Shown here: positions 43,968-54,220 of the stretch, in pieces
How positions within the stretch are numbered: the stretch's first letter is position 1
Layout of the letters: each line of letters starts with the position of its first letter
Assembly (NCBI GenBank): GCA_038065455.1
Contig: JBBTQX010000003.1
Location: 1-64,000 of the forward strand
Source: Patescibacteria group bacterium
GTDB taxonomy: Bacteria; Patescibacteriota; Minisyncoccia; UBA6257; GWB1-50-10
Direction: 5' to 3'
DNA: 64,000 nt
Notes under the pieces: model-generated
What the model was told of the DNA's origin: nothing
Databases searched by the model: none
The model's input: only the letters and a program-made list of their open reading frames with translations
Made by a program: the position numbers and the translations under genes

Positions 43968-45149
43968 CTAACCGAGCCAATTCTCTTTTTCAAAAAAATC
44001 CATCCAACGATCGGTAAATTTGTCCACCGAGTATTCTTTTACCGTGCCGGCGGCCTGAACGCCCATCTGCCCGATTAAAGCCATATTTTTGGCACAATAG
44101 AGCAATTTTTCGGCGAGCGCTTCGCTATTATAAGGCGGAATAATAAAGCCATTCACTCCCTCTTCGATAATGTCAGGACCCCCGCTGTGCGTCGTCGCAA
44201 TGACCGGCAAACCATGGCTCATCGCTTCGAACATCACTTGGCCGAAGCCGTCATCCAGCGTGGGAAATACGAAAACCGAAGATTTTTGATAGTATTCCCC
44301 CAAAAGATGGTGACGCACCGCGCCGGCATATTCAAATATGCCATCGTATTTTCCTAAGAATTTTTTTATTTCCGGGTCAACCGGCCCGACGACCGTAAGT
44401 CTGACGTTGTCTCCGCTCTCTTTCTTTATTTTTTTTATCGCCTCCAAAAGATAAAGCGCGCCCTTCATTATCGAAAGAGAACCGACATATAAGACTTCCA
44501 GCGGACCATTTTTATTCTTCTCCGATATTCCGGCGCCGGAAATTACAAGATCCTCCGCCGCGCTCAGGGGGAAGTGAATGATTTTTTCTTCGGGAACGCC
44601 GCGCTCCGCGTAGGTTTTGGCGGCAAATGACGAGGGGGTGAAGAGCACATCGCATAATTCGTATTCCTCGAGCTCTCTTTTTATCTTGTTCGGGCTGTTC
44701 AGGGATCGAGAGGTTATGCCAAGCTTTCGATATTCTCTTTCTCTTTCTTCCTTCTGGAACTCTATATGCGAAGAACCGCGATACATCACGGTCTTTGCTC
44801 CCATCCGTTTGGCCGCCTCCATCGTCTTCAAGGCGCACATGGAACGGGTGATGACAATATCGCTGCTCCCGATATGTTTTGAAGCCCAGGCGTCAAAGAA
44901 AACCTGCTCATAATAAGAAAAATCTTTAATGAGCCTCCGGGCCACGATGTCAAATATCCGGGCGAGGAAGAAAAGTCTTACCTTTTCTTTGGGGATTTTT
45001 TCCGCGTCTTTTCGCCGCCATTCCAAAAAAGGCATCTTCGGACTGTAAAAATCGGTCAGAACCCGGTAAAGCAAACCGCGCTTTTCGAAACCCTCGGCCC
45101 ATCGAAAAAGGTCAAATTTCCCGTAAGTGGAGATGGTTATTTTTTTCAT
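43968..45149 (-). CDS. GT4 glycosyltransferase
   Basis: YVG...KG and FPTLDDGFGQVMFEAMSHGLPVI. Confidence 0.9.
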   Translation of the reverse strand: MKKITISTYGKFDLFRWAEGFEKRGLLYRVLTDFYSPKMPFLEWRRKDAEKIPKEKVRLFFLARIFDIVARRLIKDFSYYEQVFFDAWASKHIGSSDIVITRSMCALKTMEAAKRMGAKTVMYRGSSHIEFQKEEREREYRKLGITSRSLNSPNKIKRELEEYELCDVLFTPSSFAAKTYAERGVPEEKIIHFPLSAAEDLVISGAGISEKNKNGPLEVLYVGSLSIMKGALYLLEAIKKIKKESGDNVRLTVVGPVDPEIKKFLGKYDGIFEYAGAVRHHLLGEYYQKSSVFVFPTLDDGFGQVMFEAMSHGLPVIATTHSGGPDIIEEGVNGFIIPPYNSEALAEKLLYCAKNMALIGQMGVQAAGTVKEYSVDKFTDRWMDFFEKENWLG

Positions 45150-46217
45150 TTATTTATTCGAAAGCCCCAAAAGCTTCGCGATCGCTTCCGACGCCATTTG
45201 ATGACCTTTTTCGTTGATGTGCCCGTCTTTCGGGAAATACAGATCTTTCCCTGCAATGACCGTCGGCGTCAGATCAACGAAAGGAATACCGTTATTCTTG
45301 AGGATAGAACCCATTTTTTCGCCTATTTGCCTTTCAAGTAAGTTAAACCGGATGTTTCTGGACGGGATAAGAATGGCAGCGACAGTTTTGCCCGGCAAGA
45401 GCTCCTTTGTCTTCTTGATGATTTCATTAAAAATGGCGAACTTATCGCTGTAGTCGTCGACGGTCTTCACCAAACCGAGTCGGCTCAAAAATCCGTAGAG
45501 ATATTCCTTGGCGAGAGTTTTTGTGAGAGAAAGGGTTTTGAGGTCGAAGAGCCACTTGGTCATATTATAAACCGTCTGATTTTTGACGCGATAGTCGGCC
45601 TTAGGCGCCGCGGCTTCGGCGGCGCTCTCCTCCGGAACACTGCTTAACACAAGAGAGTTATTTCCCAAGCTGAATATGGGTTTGGGACCGGAATTGGAGC
45701 CGACATTGATCTCATTAATATCATTCAGGAAATAAAAACCAAAAACTACGATATCGGGATTATATTTTATGCCCTCCATTTTGAGGGCGATATAATACTG
45801 CCCCGCGTCGTATCCGGGAACGCCAAAATTCAAAACCTCCGCGCCGGTATTCTTTTGGAGCAGTTTGCCAAAAGTATTTTCTATGGCGATGCCCTGGCCG
45901 AAGGTGTGGGAATCGCCTAAGATTACGATCCTTTTCTTCGCGGGATCTTTGGCATATGAATGCTCCTCGTCATCCCTAAATCCCTTGCCGTTTGTCTTGT
46001 ATTCGACATCATACTCAACGGTTTTTTGCCGACAGGATTCGTTGGGCACCAATCGCCAGCCGATCGTCGAATCATGCGCATAGAGCTTGTCGGCGCAATC
46101 ATAAAAATTCACGGCTTGCTCACGGGACTGCTCAAGATGGTCCCACATCCGTAATCCAATCTCCGAGACCGCGAGACCCACCGCCAGACCCAATAAAATA
46201 AGAATTACTTTTCGCAT
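45150..46217 (-). CDS. SGNH/GDSL-type hydrolase/acyltransferase, membrane-anchored
   Basis: N..GFRD, LGDSHTFG, NFGVPGY, ND and DGH.N..GH. Confidence 0.85.
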   Translation of the reverse strand: MRKVILILLGLAVGLAVSEIGLRMWDHLEQSREQAVNFYDCADKLYAHDSTIGWRLVPNESCRQKTVEYDVEYKTNGKGFRDDEEHSYAKDPAKKRIVILGDSHTFGQGIAIENTFGKLLQKNTGAEVLNFGVPGYDAGQYYIALKMEGIKYNPDIVVFGFYFLNDINEINVGSNSGPKPIFSLGNNSLVLSSVPEESAAEAAAPKADYRVKNQTVYNMTKWLFDLKTLSLTKTLAKEYLYGFLSRLGLVKTVDDYSDKFAIFNEIIKKTKELLPGKTVAAILIPSRNIRFNLLERQIGEKMGSILKNNGIPFVDLTPTVIAGKDLYFPKDGHINEKGHQMASEAIAKLLGLSNK

Positions 46218-47537
46218 TTAAATATTGCCGTTTAATTCAATGACATATATCTGCCGAGAACCTTCGTGGACGGAATCGATGCAAATCTGGGTGCCATCGC
46301 GGTTAAAACGAGGATGGAGATCCGCCCTCAAATTACTCAAATCCCAATCGTCCTTCGTTCCATATTTTTCGTCCGGCAGGGAATAGAATTTTCCGACCTC
46401 CGTCAATTTTCCCGATTCGGGAACGAATATTTGAAGAACCCGCCAATGCTCCCTTTCCGGATAAGTATCCGTCATGAGCCGTTTTCCGTCCGGCGAAAAA
46501 GAACAGTGGCCGTCTTCTTTAAGAATCCCCCGCCCGATTGCCTCCGGTTTTACGGCAAAATCTTTCGGTTCGCCGTTCAAATTGAAAAGCAAAAAGGCAT
46601 CGCCGCTGATCTTCTGCCTCAACGCCGGCGAAGACTTGAAGATTTTATGGTAAATCGGCACAAGCAACTTGCGGGCGAATCCGGTTTTGCCGACCGAGGC
46701 GGACGTTCCGGCCGGCCGCGCCCAAATCAAAAGTTCGTCATTGTTTTTCCAAGCGAAGTGCGATGCCATGCCGCTGTCCAAGAGAATCTTCGGTTTCATG
46801 GTTCCGAGGTCCGCAACATAAAGCCGGCTGTGCATTCCTCCGTTCTTCGTCTGCCATCGGTGGAGAAAGGCGAATCTCGTGCCGTCGAAATTGAGGGTCG
46901 GCTGGTCCGCCCAATGTTTTCCTTCATTCATAGAATCGACGAAGTATTCTTTGCAAAGCTGGGCCAGGGAAATTTTCAAGGCCGCCGTTCCATTTTCCAA
47001 ATCAACCGAATAAATTCCGTCGCTTTCCAGCTTTCCTTCCGCAAGAGAATAGTCCTCGACGCCTTTGTAACCATAGCCCTCCCGTACGGCATCCAGCCGG
47101 GAGAAATTCATAGAAACGGCGTATTTTCCGCCGAGATGAACGTCATAAACCGGGAACGGAATGACTTTCTCTTCTTTGCCAGAAAGAACGTTCAATATCA
47201 CCGAAACGAATTTTCCGTCCCGAAAATCATTGAATATTACGCGAGTGTTGAAATCCGGTCCAAGCCACTGAAGCCGGCACCCCTGCTGCCAGTTCCAGGC
47301 GCGGGTTTCGGCTATTTTACTGAATACCCGATTACCCTCAAGGTCTATGATTCCGATATCCGCTTTGTCTTTTCCGTTCGGTAATCTTTCCAAAAAATCC
47401 GTTTCGAGCGCCAATAAAAATCTTCCATCCTTACTCCAGGGGCATTTATCGTAGTAACCGAAAAAATGGTGCTTGCATTCGGTATTGAAACTTATCCGGA
47501 CTGCTTCGTCCAAAAAATATTTATTTTCTTCTTTCAT
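46218..47537 (-). CDS. Beta-propeller-like protein in glycan cluster
   Basis: HFFGYYDKCPW, AWNWQQGCRLQW, DGHCSFSPDG, TDTYP, DLHPR and CIDS. Confidence 0.65.
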   Translation of the reverse strand: MKEENKYFLDEAVRISFNTECKHHFFGYYDKCPWSKDGRFLLALETDFLERLPNGKDKADIGIIDLEGNRVFSKIAETRAWNWQQGCRLQWLGPDFNTRVIFNDFRDGKFVSVILNVLSGKEEKVIPFPVYDVHLGGKYAVSMNFSRLDAVREGYGYKGVEDYSLAEGKLESDGIYSVDLENGTAALKISLAQLCKEYFVDSMNEGKHWADQPTLNFDGTRFAFLHRWQTKNGGMHSRLYVADLGTMKPKILLDSGMASHFAWKNNDELLIWARPAGTSASVGKTGFARKLLVPIYHKIFKSSPALRQKISGDAFLLFNLNGEPKDFAVKPEAIGRGILKEDGHCSFSPDGKRLMTDTYPEREHWRVLQIFVPESGKLTEVGKFYSLPDEKYGTKDDWDLSNLRADLHPRFNRDGTQICIDSVHEGSRQIYVIELNGNI

Positions 47538-48726
47538 ATGGTACTTGGGAATTTAAAGATTGGAGCGCTTCAATAATCCCGTCTGCATCTTTTTTATAGC
47601 TCCAATTTTTGACCGTCCGCAAAGAATTTTCTTTGAACATCTTAAGAAGCGCGCGGTCCGAAACGAGCTTTTCCATGTGGCCCGAGAGCGCATTCACATC
47701 TCCGAATTTGTATATAAAGCCGCAGCCGCCATCCTTAATAAGGTCGGGGGCGGTGCCGACTCTATCCGAAACAATAAACGCCATTCCGAAGTTCATCGCC
47801 TCGTTCACCTGCTTGGGCGACGGGTCAAACTCCGACGGCAGAAGAAGGATATCCGAAACGGCGCAGAAAAGCGGAATTTCGGACTGATTCCTGAAACCGA
47901 AAAAATAGAAGTTCTCGAGATTATTCTCGCGAACGCCGTCTTCAAGCGCCTTTCTATCCTCCCCGTCGCCCACGAAGAGAACATTGAATTCAACCTTCCC
48001 CTTCAAGAGCACGCAAGCTTTCAGAATATCGAAGACTTTTTTTCTCTTCATAATCTTGCCGATAAAAACGAGTGTTGGCACTTTGATATTCTTGATGCCC
48101 AGAGACTTCTTTATTTCGTCTCTCTTAGGCTCTAACTCTCCAGCTTTCTTTCCCCAAAAATCATTATCCACGGCACATGGGAAGAAAAAAAGTTTCTCTT
48201 CCGGCACATCAAAGTGCCGAAAAAATTCCTTATTGAGCTGATAACTGTATAAAAAGGTTGGGATAGTCTTGAACAGATTTTTCAAAACCAATGATTTGAC
48301 CAGATTTTTCAGAGCGCCGTTTTGCTTCCCCATATCCGCTTCGCCCCGCAGTATGACTTTCGCGCCGGTATACCATCTCGTGAGATATATGAACCACGAA
48401 GTCATTGTGACATAACCCTGGATAAGAACACCGTCGAATTTTTTTTCTTTCAGCTCCCGGACAATGGACGGATTGATTTGGCCGAAAAAAGACGGGGCGG
48501 GCTTGAAACTCCAATTCTTCAAAAGCACATAACGATATCCGTCCAAAAGAGGAATGTCCCATTTGACCTTCACGCCCAATTCCTTGTCAAAACCGGCTTC
48601 GGATATGCCGAAATCCCAGCAGTAATAGACCGTCACATCGAGCCGGGGATCTTGAGCCAATGCCCGAAAAAGCGGCGCCTGGTATTGGATGGGATGGGAA
48701 GCGACTATGGCAAGCCGGTATTTCAT
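47521..48726 (-). CDS. GT4 glycosyltransferase
   Basis: SHPIQY, AVDN, GK...K, GFRNQSE and LPS..DP....NEAM. Confidence 0.9.
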   Translation of the reverse strand: MKYRLAIVASHPIQYQAPLFRALAQDPRLDVTVYYCWDFGISEAGFDKELGVKVKWDIPLLDGYRYVLLKNWSFKPAPSFFGQINPSIVRELKEKKFDGVLIQGYVTMTSWFIYLTRWYTGAKVILRGEADMGKQNGALKNLVKSLVLKNLFKTIPTFLYSYQLNKEFFRHFDVPEEKLFFFPCAVDNDFWGKKAGELEPKRDEIKKSLGIKNIKVPTLVFIGKIMKRKKVFDILKACVLLKGKVEFNVLFVGDGEDRKALEDGVRENNLENFYFFGFRNQSEIPLFCAVSDILLLPSEFDPSPKQVNEAMNFGMAFIVSDRVGTAPDLIKDGGCGFIYKFGDVNALSGHMEKLVSDRALLKMFKENSLRTVKNWSYKKDADGIIEALQSLNSQVPYERRK

Positions 48727-49640
48727 TTCTTTCTTAAAATTGACACCAAAAACGAGCCCATTCTCAAGTTATGCGCCAAAAATCTGTTCAGCCAATTGGG
48801 GAATATCCGGGAAACGGCCGCCTTGATTCTTCCGCCCGGAAGGAGAAGGATATCCGTCTTGGGGCCGAAAACTTCGATTTTTTCAACCTCAAAAAGACTT
48901 TGAACGGCCTTTCGCCATCCCAAAAAAGCGTAATAGCGGGCAATTGCCCCGTCCGTATGAACCTGGACGCTTCTATGAAGAGACTTGGTTTTAAAAAGAT
49001 TGCCCGAAATTATCCCATATAATGTTTCCGTAACATAGTAATTCCACCAGCCCCGATGATAAACCATAATGACGGCTCGTCCGCCCGGCCGCAAAACTCT
49101 GCGAATCTCGCTCAAAATTTTCTCCGTGCTCGAAGAATGGTGGATTACGCCCCAACTCCAGACGAAATCAAAATTGGCATCGGGAAATTCCAAACGCTCG
49201 GCATCCATTTTTTTGATCGTCCCTTTGATGCCGAAAACCTCAAAACGCTTTTGCGTGCTCTTCACCGCGTAGTCCGTCAAATCGATGCCAGTGAAAGACC
49301 GGGCATGGCGCGCCAAAAGCGCGGCATGACTGCCGTTCCCGACGCCGATTTCCAAAACATCCTTGTCGTTCAACTCGTTAAAATGAACGAGTTCGTCAAA
49401 AGGAGTTTTGGCGCGCTTGAGATACTCGGCCGCATTTCCGAAAAAACGGCCGTCTATCCTTTCGTAGAACTCCCGGCTGAATTCCGGCACGCCCAACTTG
49501 TCTTCCCAGTCATAGCGCATTGGATGCCCTTCCCACCAGGAATAATTCGCGGACTGCCACTCACCCGCCTCTTCTTTAGAACGGGGCAGTTCCGTCGGAG
49601 CGCCGAATCCTTTCGGCAAATCTTTTTTGAATTCGCTCAT
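48723..49640 (-). CDS. Class I SAM-dependent methyltransferase
   Basis: VLEIGVGNG, DAE.L.F, FDFVWSWGVIHH and VLRPGG. Confidence 0.9.
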   Translation of the reverse strand: MSEFKKDLPKGFGAPTELPRSKEEAGEWQSANYSWWEGHPMRYDWEDKLGVPEFSREFYERIDGRFFGNAAEYLKRAKTPFDELVHFNELNDKDVLEIGVGNGSHAALLARHARSFTGIDLTDYAVKSTQKRFEVFGIKGTIKKMDAERLEFPDANFDFVWSWGVIHHSSSTEKILSEIRRVLRPGGRAVIMVYHRGWWNYYVTETLYGIISGNLFKTKSLHRSVQVHTDGAIARYYAFLGWRKAVQSLFEVEKIEVFGPKTDILLLPGGRIKAAVSRIFPNWLNRFLAHNLRMGSFLVSILRKK

Positions 49641-49676
49641 AAATTAAATGATAAAGCATTTGAATAATTTCTGAAA

Positions 49677-50675
49677 CTATTTCTCCGGATGCGCGGCGTA
49701 CCAATCGTATGTCATCTTCAATCCTTCCTTGAGCGGAATTTCCGGCTTCCAACCGGTCAGAGCCTGCAACTTGCTCACGTCGGCCAGCCGCCTTTTTACG
49801 CTTCCGGGCGGACCATTTTTTATATCCAACGATTTCGGACGCCAACCGGTCACTTCAAACAGCTTCTCCGCCAATCCCTTCATATCAATCTCTTCAAAAT
49901 CTCCGATATGGACGGTTTCAATAGGCTGACCGTCGGTCTTCGGGGATTCCATCAAAAGCCTCATCGCCCGAACGGCATCCGAAATATAACAGAAAGTTCG
50001 CGTATCATCCGCGCCGTAGATAGGGAAAGGGTCAACGTGAGCCGCGATTCGTTCCGAGAAATCGGGTATTACATGGCCTTTATATCCAGCCCTCGGTCCA
50101 TAGAAATTATGAGGTCGAACTACCAAGGCCCGGAAGTTGAACATCTTGGCATAATGGATGACAAAAAGCTCCCCTATGAGCTTCGTCGAGGCGTAAGACC
50201 AGCGCGGATTATAAGGGTCTTCTATCACGAGCGGAACCTTTTCCGGCGTCGGTATCGGTAAAACGCCGAAAGCATTCAATCCGCCGGCATAAGCTTCATT
50301 TGAAGAAGTAAAACAGAATTTGCCTTCGTGATTGAATTTCGCGAACCAATCAAGCATATAAATCAAAGTCAGAGTGTTGATTCTCAATACTTCATGCGGA
50401 ATTTCATAAAAATATTTGGTTCCGTTCACCGCCGCGAGGTGGTAGACGTGGTCGTAGCCGCTTCCCAGCTTTTCATATGAAGCGAGGTCGGTAAGGTCCA
50501 AAATCAATAATTTTACTCTCGGGTTTTTTAGGAGTCTCTCAAAATCCTCATCTATCTTCCCTTTCCGCATGTTATCAACCAAAACTATTTCCGCTTCGGT
50601 ATTCTCAAGCAGATGATTCGCCAAGTGTAATCCTATGAATCCCGAACCGCCGGTTATTAAAATTTTCTTTGCCAT
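49677..50675 (-). CDS. NAD-dependent epimerase/dehydratase (UDP-glucuronate decarboxylase-like)
   Basis: TGGSGFIG, HLAA, SSNEAY, PRWSYASTK, YGPR and TRTFCY. Confidence 0.88.
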   Translation of the reverse strand: MAKKILITGGSGFIGLHLANHLLENTEAEIVLVDNMRKGKIDEDFERLLKNPRVKLLILDLTDLASYEKLGSGYDHVYHLAAVNGTKYFYEIPHEVLRINTLTLIYMLDWFAKFNHEGKFCFTSSNEAYAGGLNAFGVLPIPTPEKVPLVIEDPYNPRWSYASTKLIGELFVIHYAKMFNFRALVVRPHNFYGPRAGYKGHVIPDFSERIAAHVDPFPIYGADDTRTFCYISDAVRAMRLLMESPKTDGQPIETVHIGDFEEIDMKGLAEKLFEVTGWRPKSLDIKNGPPGSVKRRLADVSKLQALTGWKPEIPLKEGLKMTYDWYAAHPEK

Positions 50676-50683
50676 AAAATTTC

Positions 50684-51892
50684 TTATATTTCCCGCAAAA
50701 GATTCCAGACATCCACGAATTTCTTACCCGGATGATTCTTGGGATTTATTTCCAAATACCTCTTGTGCGGCGTTGCCAGTATCAAAATGTCGGATTTTGC
50801 CAAAGCGACTTTGAGCGAAACGAATTCCGGATTCTTAATATGTTCATCCGTGCACAGAACATCTTTGCATTCCATCTGAGCAAGCTTTCGAAGTTTGTAA
50901 GAAAGGGAAGAACGGGGGTCATCCACCTCCGGCTTGAAGGCCATACCCAGGATACCGATGGTCTTGTTCTTGAGTTCGTGCGAATGCTCTTTTTTCAATT
51001 CGTCTATAACGTGCTTCGCCAAGCCTTCGTTCACGAGCATTGCCGCGTGGCCAATCCAAAAATTGTTGTTGGCGAAAGCCGCAAGCTGCATCGTATCCTT
51101 GAACAAACAGGGACCCGCCGCGAATCCTGGAGACGGCAAGTCGCGATTCCTGGGATAATCCCTGTTCATCGCCTCGTGAATCTTGTGGTAATTGAGGCCA
51201 TGGCCCTGCGCAATCATATAAAACTGGTTTGCCACGGCGAACCGGATATAGCGCCAGGAATTCGTGAAAAGCTTTCCGAGTTCCGCTTCAATAGGCTCAA
51301 TGGGTATCAAATCCGCCTGGGTAATATTCCGGAAAAGCGCGGTCACTTCCTTTATGGTCTCGTCGTCAAAGCCCGAGATGAGCTGGGGCCAGATCTTTAA
51401 TTCCTCTATCGCGTTTCCCTGCATAATCCGCTCCGGACAAAAAGCGAGCTTTACATTCTTCCCTTTCTTCAAGAAATGACTCTGGAGTTTTTCGGTCGTT
51501 CCCGGGAAAACCGTGCTTCGAAGAATGATGATCTGCCCATCTCTGAAGTATTCAATGCTCTTATCAATCAGCCGGATGATGCCGCCAAAATCCGGACTTA
51601 GATACTCGTCCACGGGCGTACCCACGATAATGACGATAAATTTAGACTCGCTGATTGCTTTCGGGTCGTCGGTCGTCGAGAGATTATTTTTTTGGAGAGC
51701 CGATTGGAGCGCCTCATCTCCTCCCTTTTCCTTGAATGGGAATTGGCCCGATTCAATCTTCTTGAGGGCCTCTTTGTTTATGTCGAGAAGGACTGTTTTT
51801 ACGCCTGCATCGGCAAAGACCACCCCCAATGGCAGACCAACGTGGCCGGCTCCGCCAATGATACAAAGGTCGTATTTCATACCGTTTTCCAT
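50684..51892 (-). CDS. Nucleotide-sugar dehydrogenase (UDP-glucose/GDP-mannose dehydrogenase family)
   Basis: GHVGLP, VGTP, STV.PGTT, CPER, AE..KL..N, G.CL.KD and LGMAFK...DD.R.S. Start set at MENG. Confidence 0.92.
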   Translation of the reverse strand: MENGMKYDLCIIGGAGHVGLPLGVVFADAGVKTVLLDINKEALKKIESGQFPFKEKGGDEALQSALQKNNLSTTDDPKAISESKFIVIIVGTPVDEYLSPDFGGIIRLIDKSIEYFRDGQIIILRSTVFPGTTEKLQSHFLKKGKNVKLAFCPERIMQGNAIEELKIWPQLISGFDDETIKEVTALFRNITQADLIPIEPIEAELGKLFTNSWRYIRFAVANQFYMIAQGHGLNYHKIHEAMNRDYPRNRDLPSPGFAAGPCLFKDTMQLAAFANNNFWIGHAAMLVNEGLAKHVIDELKKEHSHELKNKTIGILGMAFKPEVDDPRSSLSYKLRKLAQMECKDVLCTDEHIKNPEFVSLKVALAKSDILILATPHKRYLEINPKNHPGKKFVDVWNLLREI

Positions 51893-51905
51893 TGAGATTA
51901 ATATA

Positions 51906-53402
51906 TTATCTTTTGATGTCTTCGTCAATTGCGCATTTGTAGACGGCGTAGTTATAACCCGGCGCGGTATTGCCGAGTTTTATGCCGAGGAATTTCGGCG
52001 CCTCTCCGGAAAACTTATCGTCGGAAATATCGCACCCGGAAATTTCTGGAGGAAAAATCATCCCGCTGTATTTTTGCTGAAAGAAAATGAACGCAGTGTT
52101 TTCTTTGGGTTTTTCCGGCCAGGGATACACGTACATCCTGCCGTAGTCCTCGGACAAGGACCAAAAACTGCCGGTAACGCCGAATTTTAAATTGTCGTTT
52201 TTATGCTCCCCGCTCTTTTTTGCGAAAACTTCGCGGACCTGGGCGAAGGTTGGTTCTTCCTTTAAAAACGACGGAAATAAAATAATCGTTCTTAGGAAAG
52301 CGGTGGACACTAGCGCCAAGGTCATAAACACCGCCATTTTCGAAAAGTTTCCGGCTTCGGAAAAATAACAGAGGAAACCGAGAAAAATTATCGGGGCGAA
52401 AATCAAAAGATAAAAGATATGCCCAACCGAATAAATCATGCTCGCGAGCATTATGAGAAGACCTACCGCGCATAAAGCAAAAAGCCTCGGCGAAGATATT
52501 TGTGGCCGATATTTTTTATAAAAAAACCAGCCGGACACAAGCAACAAAATTACCACGAAAGCATAGAACGGAGTTACCGGGGATAGGAAATAATATTGGA
52601 TGAATTTGGATAAGGTGAACCATTCGGAAAGCTGGGCGGTATAACCGGCACTGACCGCAAGAGCATTTTTGACCGTGCCCGAAAGCGTTTCCCATATACC
52701 GAATGGGCCCAATTTAATTGTGAGGAATAGAGTGAGGATACCGAGAATCAAAGCGCCAAAAATTCTCCCAAAAAATTCTTTCGGCTTATGTCTCGCCGCG
52801 AAGACCGTGCCCAAGACAAGGAGTGCGATGATGCCGCCCACAAGATGAGTGGCGAGCATAAGCCCCAAAAGTATTCCATATAAGCTCCAATCGTATTTTT
52901 TACCGGCATAAAAATAGGCCAGAATGCCCAATACTGCCCACAAACTCCCGAGAATCTCGGGACGGCCGCTTCCGCCAACCAGACCCGAAGCAAGCGCCAA
53001 AAGACCGAGGATAACGGCAAAAACTTTCGACCAGCCTAATTCTCCGTCTTTTTTCGTCGCTCTGAAAAAAATCCATGCGCTTAGCCAAATAACCAAAATG
53101 TTCAAAATCGCGATGGTTAGAAAAATATCCAATGGCGCCGCCCCAGTCATTCCGTGATTCAAAATAAGCGGAAATAACGGCGGATATATCAAAAATCTTT
53201 TCATCCCCGACGGGTCTATCGAATCTATGCTTTGCTCGTCCGAAAACAGAGGGTTCGTAAGAATTCCTTCGTTGGAAAACTGAAGCGCCGGCACCAGAAA
53301 AAATTCCGAATCCCCGCCCGGTACGGGATAGGCATTCTTGGCAAAGACCAGAAAGAGCGCCGCTATGGCCAGACAAACCAGGACCAAGGCGGCCTTTTTC
53401 AT
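51906..53402 (-). CDS. Polytopic membrane protein (GT-C-like)
   Basis: About 11 TMs with GD, YPPLFP and GRPE motifs. Start set at the ATGA overlap with the upstream gene. Confidence 0.6.
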   Translation of the reverse strand: MKKAALVLVCLAIAALFLVFAKNAYPVPGGDSEFFLVPALQFSNEGILTNPLFSDEQSIDSIDPSGMKRFLIYPPLFPLILNHGMTGAAPLDIFLTIAILNILVIWLSAWIFFRATKKDGELGWSKVFAVILGLLALASGLVGGSGRPEILGSLWAVLGILAYFYAGKKYDWSLYGILLGLMLATHLVGGIIALLVLGTVFAARHKPKEFFGRIFGALILGILTLFLTIKLGPFGIWETLSGTVKNALAVSAGYTAQLSEWFTLSKFIQYYFLSPVTPFYAFVVILLLVSGWFFYKKYRPQISSPRLFALCAVGLLIMLASMIYSVGHIFYLLIFAPIIFLGFLCYFSEAGNFSKMAVFMTLALVSTAFLRTIILFPSFLKEEPTFAQVREVFAKKSGEHKNDNLKFGVTGSFWSLSEDYGRMYVYPWPEKPKENTAFIFFQQKYSGMIFPPEISGCDISDDKFSGEAPKFLGIKLGNTAPGYNYAVYKCAIDEDIKR

Positions 53403-54211
53403 GAATGAGGCTCGAATCTCCCTTTGTTGAAATCGGCCTGGTCGAAAACCTCCATTTTCTGGCAAATCAAGGTCGTGAACACCCCGTTATTCAACCAACC
53501 GGCAACACTCCGGAAAACACGGAAAGGCAGGGAAAGCTGGCGGCTCAAAAAGAATTCCAATTTCCAAAACGGCGGGAGCGCGGCCCCATAAAACGTTCGT
53601 CCCGACAGAACGAAGAAGAAAAAGTTCAGAATAAAGAGTAGAAAATTCGCGATCGGGGCGTAGACGAAAAGATTGGGATATTCGAAGGCCTGGTCCACGG
53701 AAAAACCGGCCACCTTGAGGAGCCGCCGGATGGATTCCCGGCTATAGATGTGCATATGGGTTATCTCCCAATCGTTGTAAAAAGGGATACCAATTACGAA
53801 AATGCCGTCGTCCTTGAGGATGCGCCGGATGTTCTTCAAGGCGGCATAATCGTCGTTCACATGCTCGATAATCGCCGATGCCACAATGACGTCGAAGGAT
53901 TTGTCCGGAATCTTGGTATCTTCCACGTTCCCAATGATTACTTTTCCTAGTTCATCATCCGGAAAAAGATCCAAGCCAACGACGTCATATCCGGCCGTCT
54001 TGAAATAAAGGTAATCCCGCCCGCCATGGACTCCGACAATGAGCACTTTCTTTTTATCCTTGGGTATCGTCCGCTCAAGCAGATAATGCCAATCGCTCGC
54101 GGCCCCGACGCAGACGAACTGCGACCAATACTTCTCGGGCAAAAGCGCGGACTTTTCGCCCAAATAGCTTTTTTTCATCTCCCGATAGATGTTTTTTATT
54201 TTTTTCATCAT
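53399..54211 (-). CDS. Class I SAM-dependent methyltransferase
   Basis: VLIVGVHGG, GLD, FDVI....IEHV and RILK.DG. Confidence 0.8.
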   Translation of the reverse strand: MMKKIKNIYREMKKSYLGEKSALLPEKYWSQFVCVGAASDWHYLLERTIPKDKKKVLIVGVHGGRDYLYFKTAGYDVVGLDLFPDDELGKVIIGNVEDTKIPDKSFDVIVASAIIEHVNDDYAALKNIRRILKDDGIFVIGIPFYNDWEITHMHIYSRESIRRLLKVAGFSVDQAFEYPNLFVYAPIANFLLFILNFFFFVLSGRTFYGAALPPFWKLEFFLSRQLSLPFRVFRSVAGWLNNGVFTTLICQKMEVFDQADFNKGRFEPHS

Positions 54212-54220
54212 ATTCTTGAA

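Noticed and set aside
35656-47384. Long opposite-strand ORFs (e.g. 35656..36699, 38998..39834, 46266..47384)
   Set aside because: They are antisense shadows of well-supported genes and carry no recognisable motifs.
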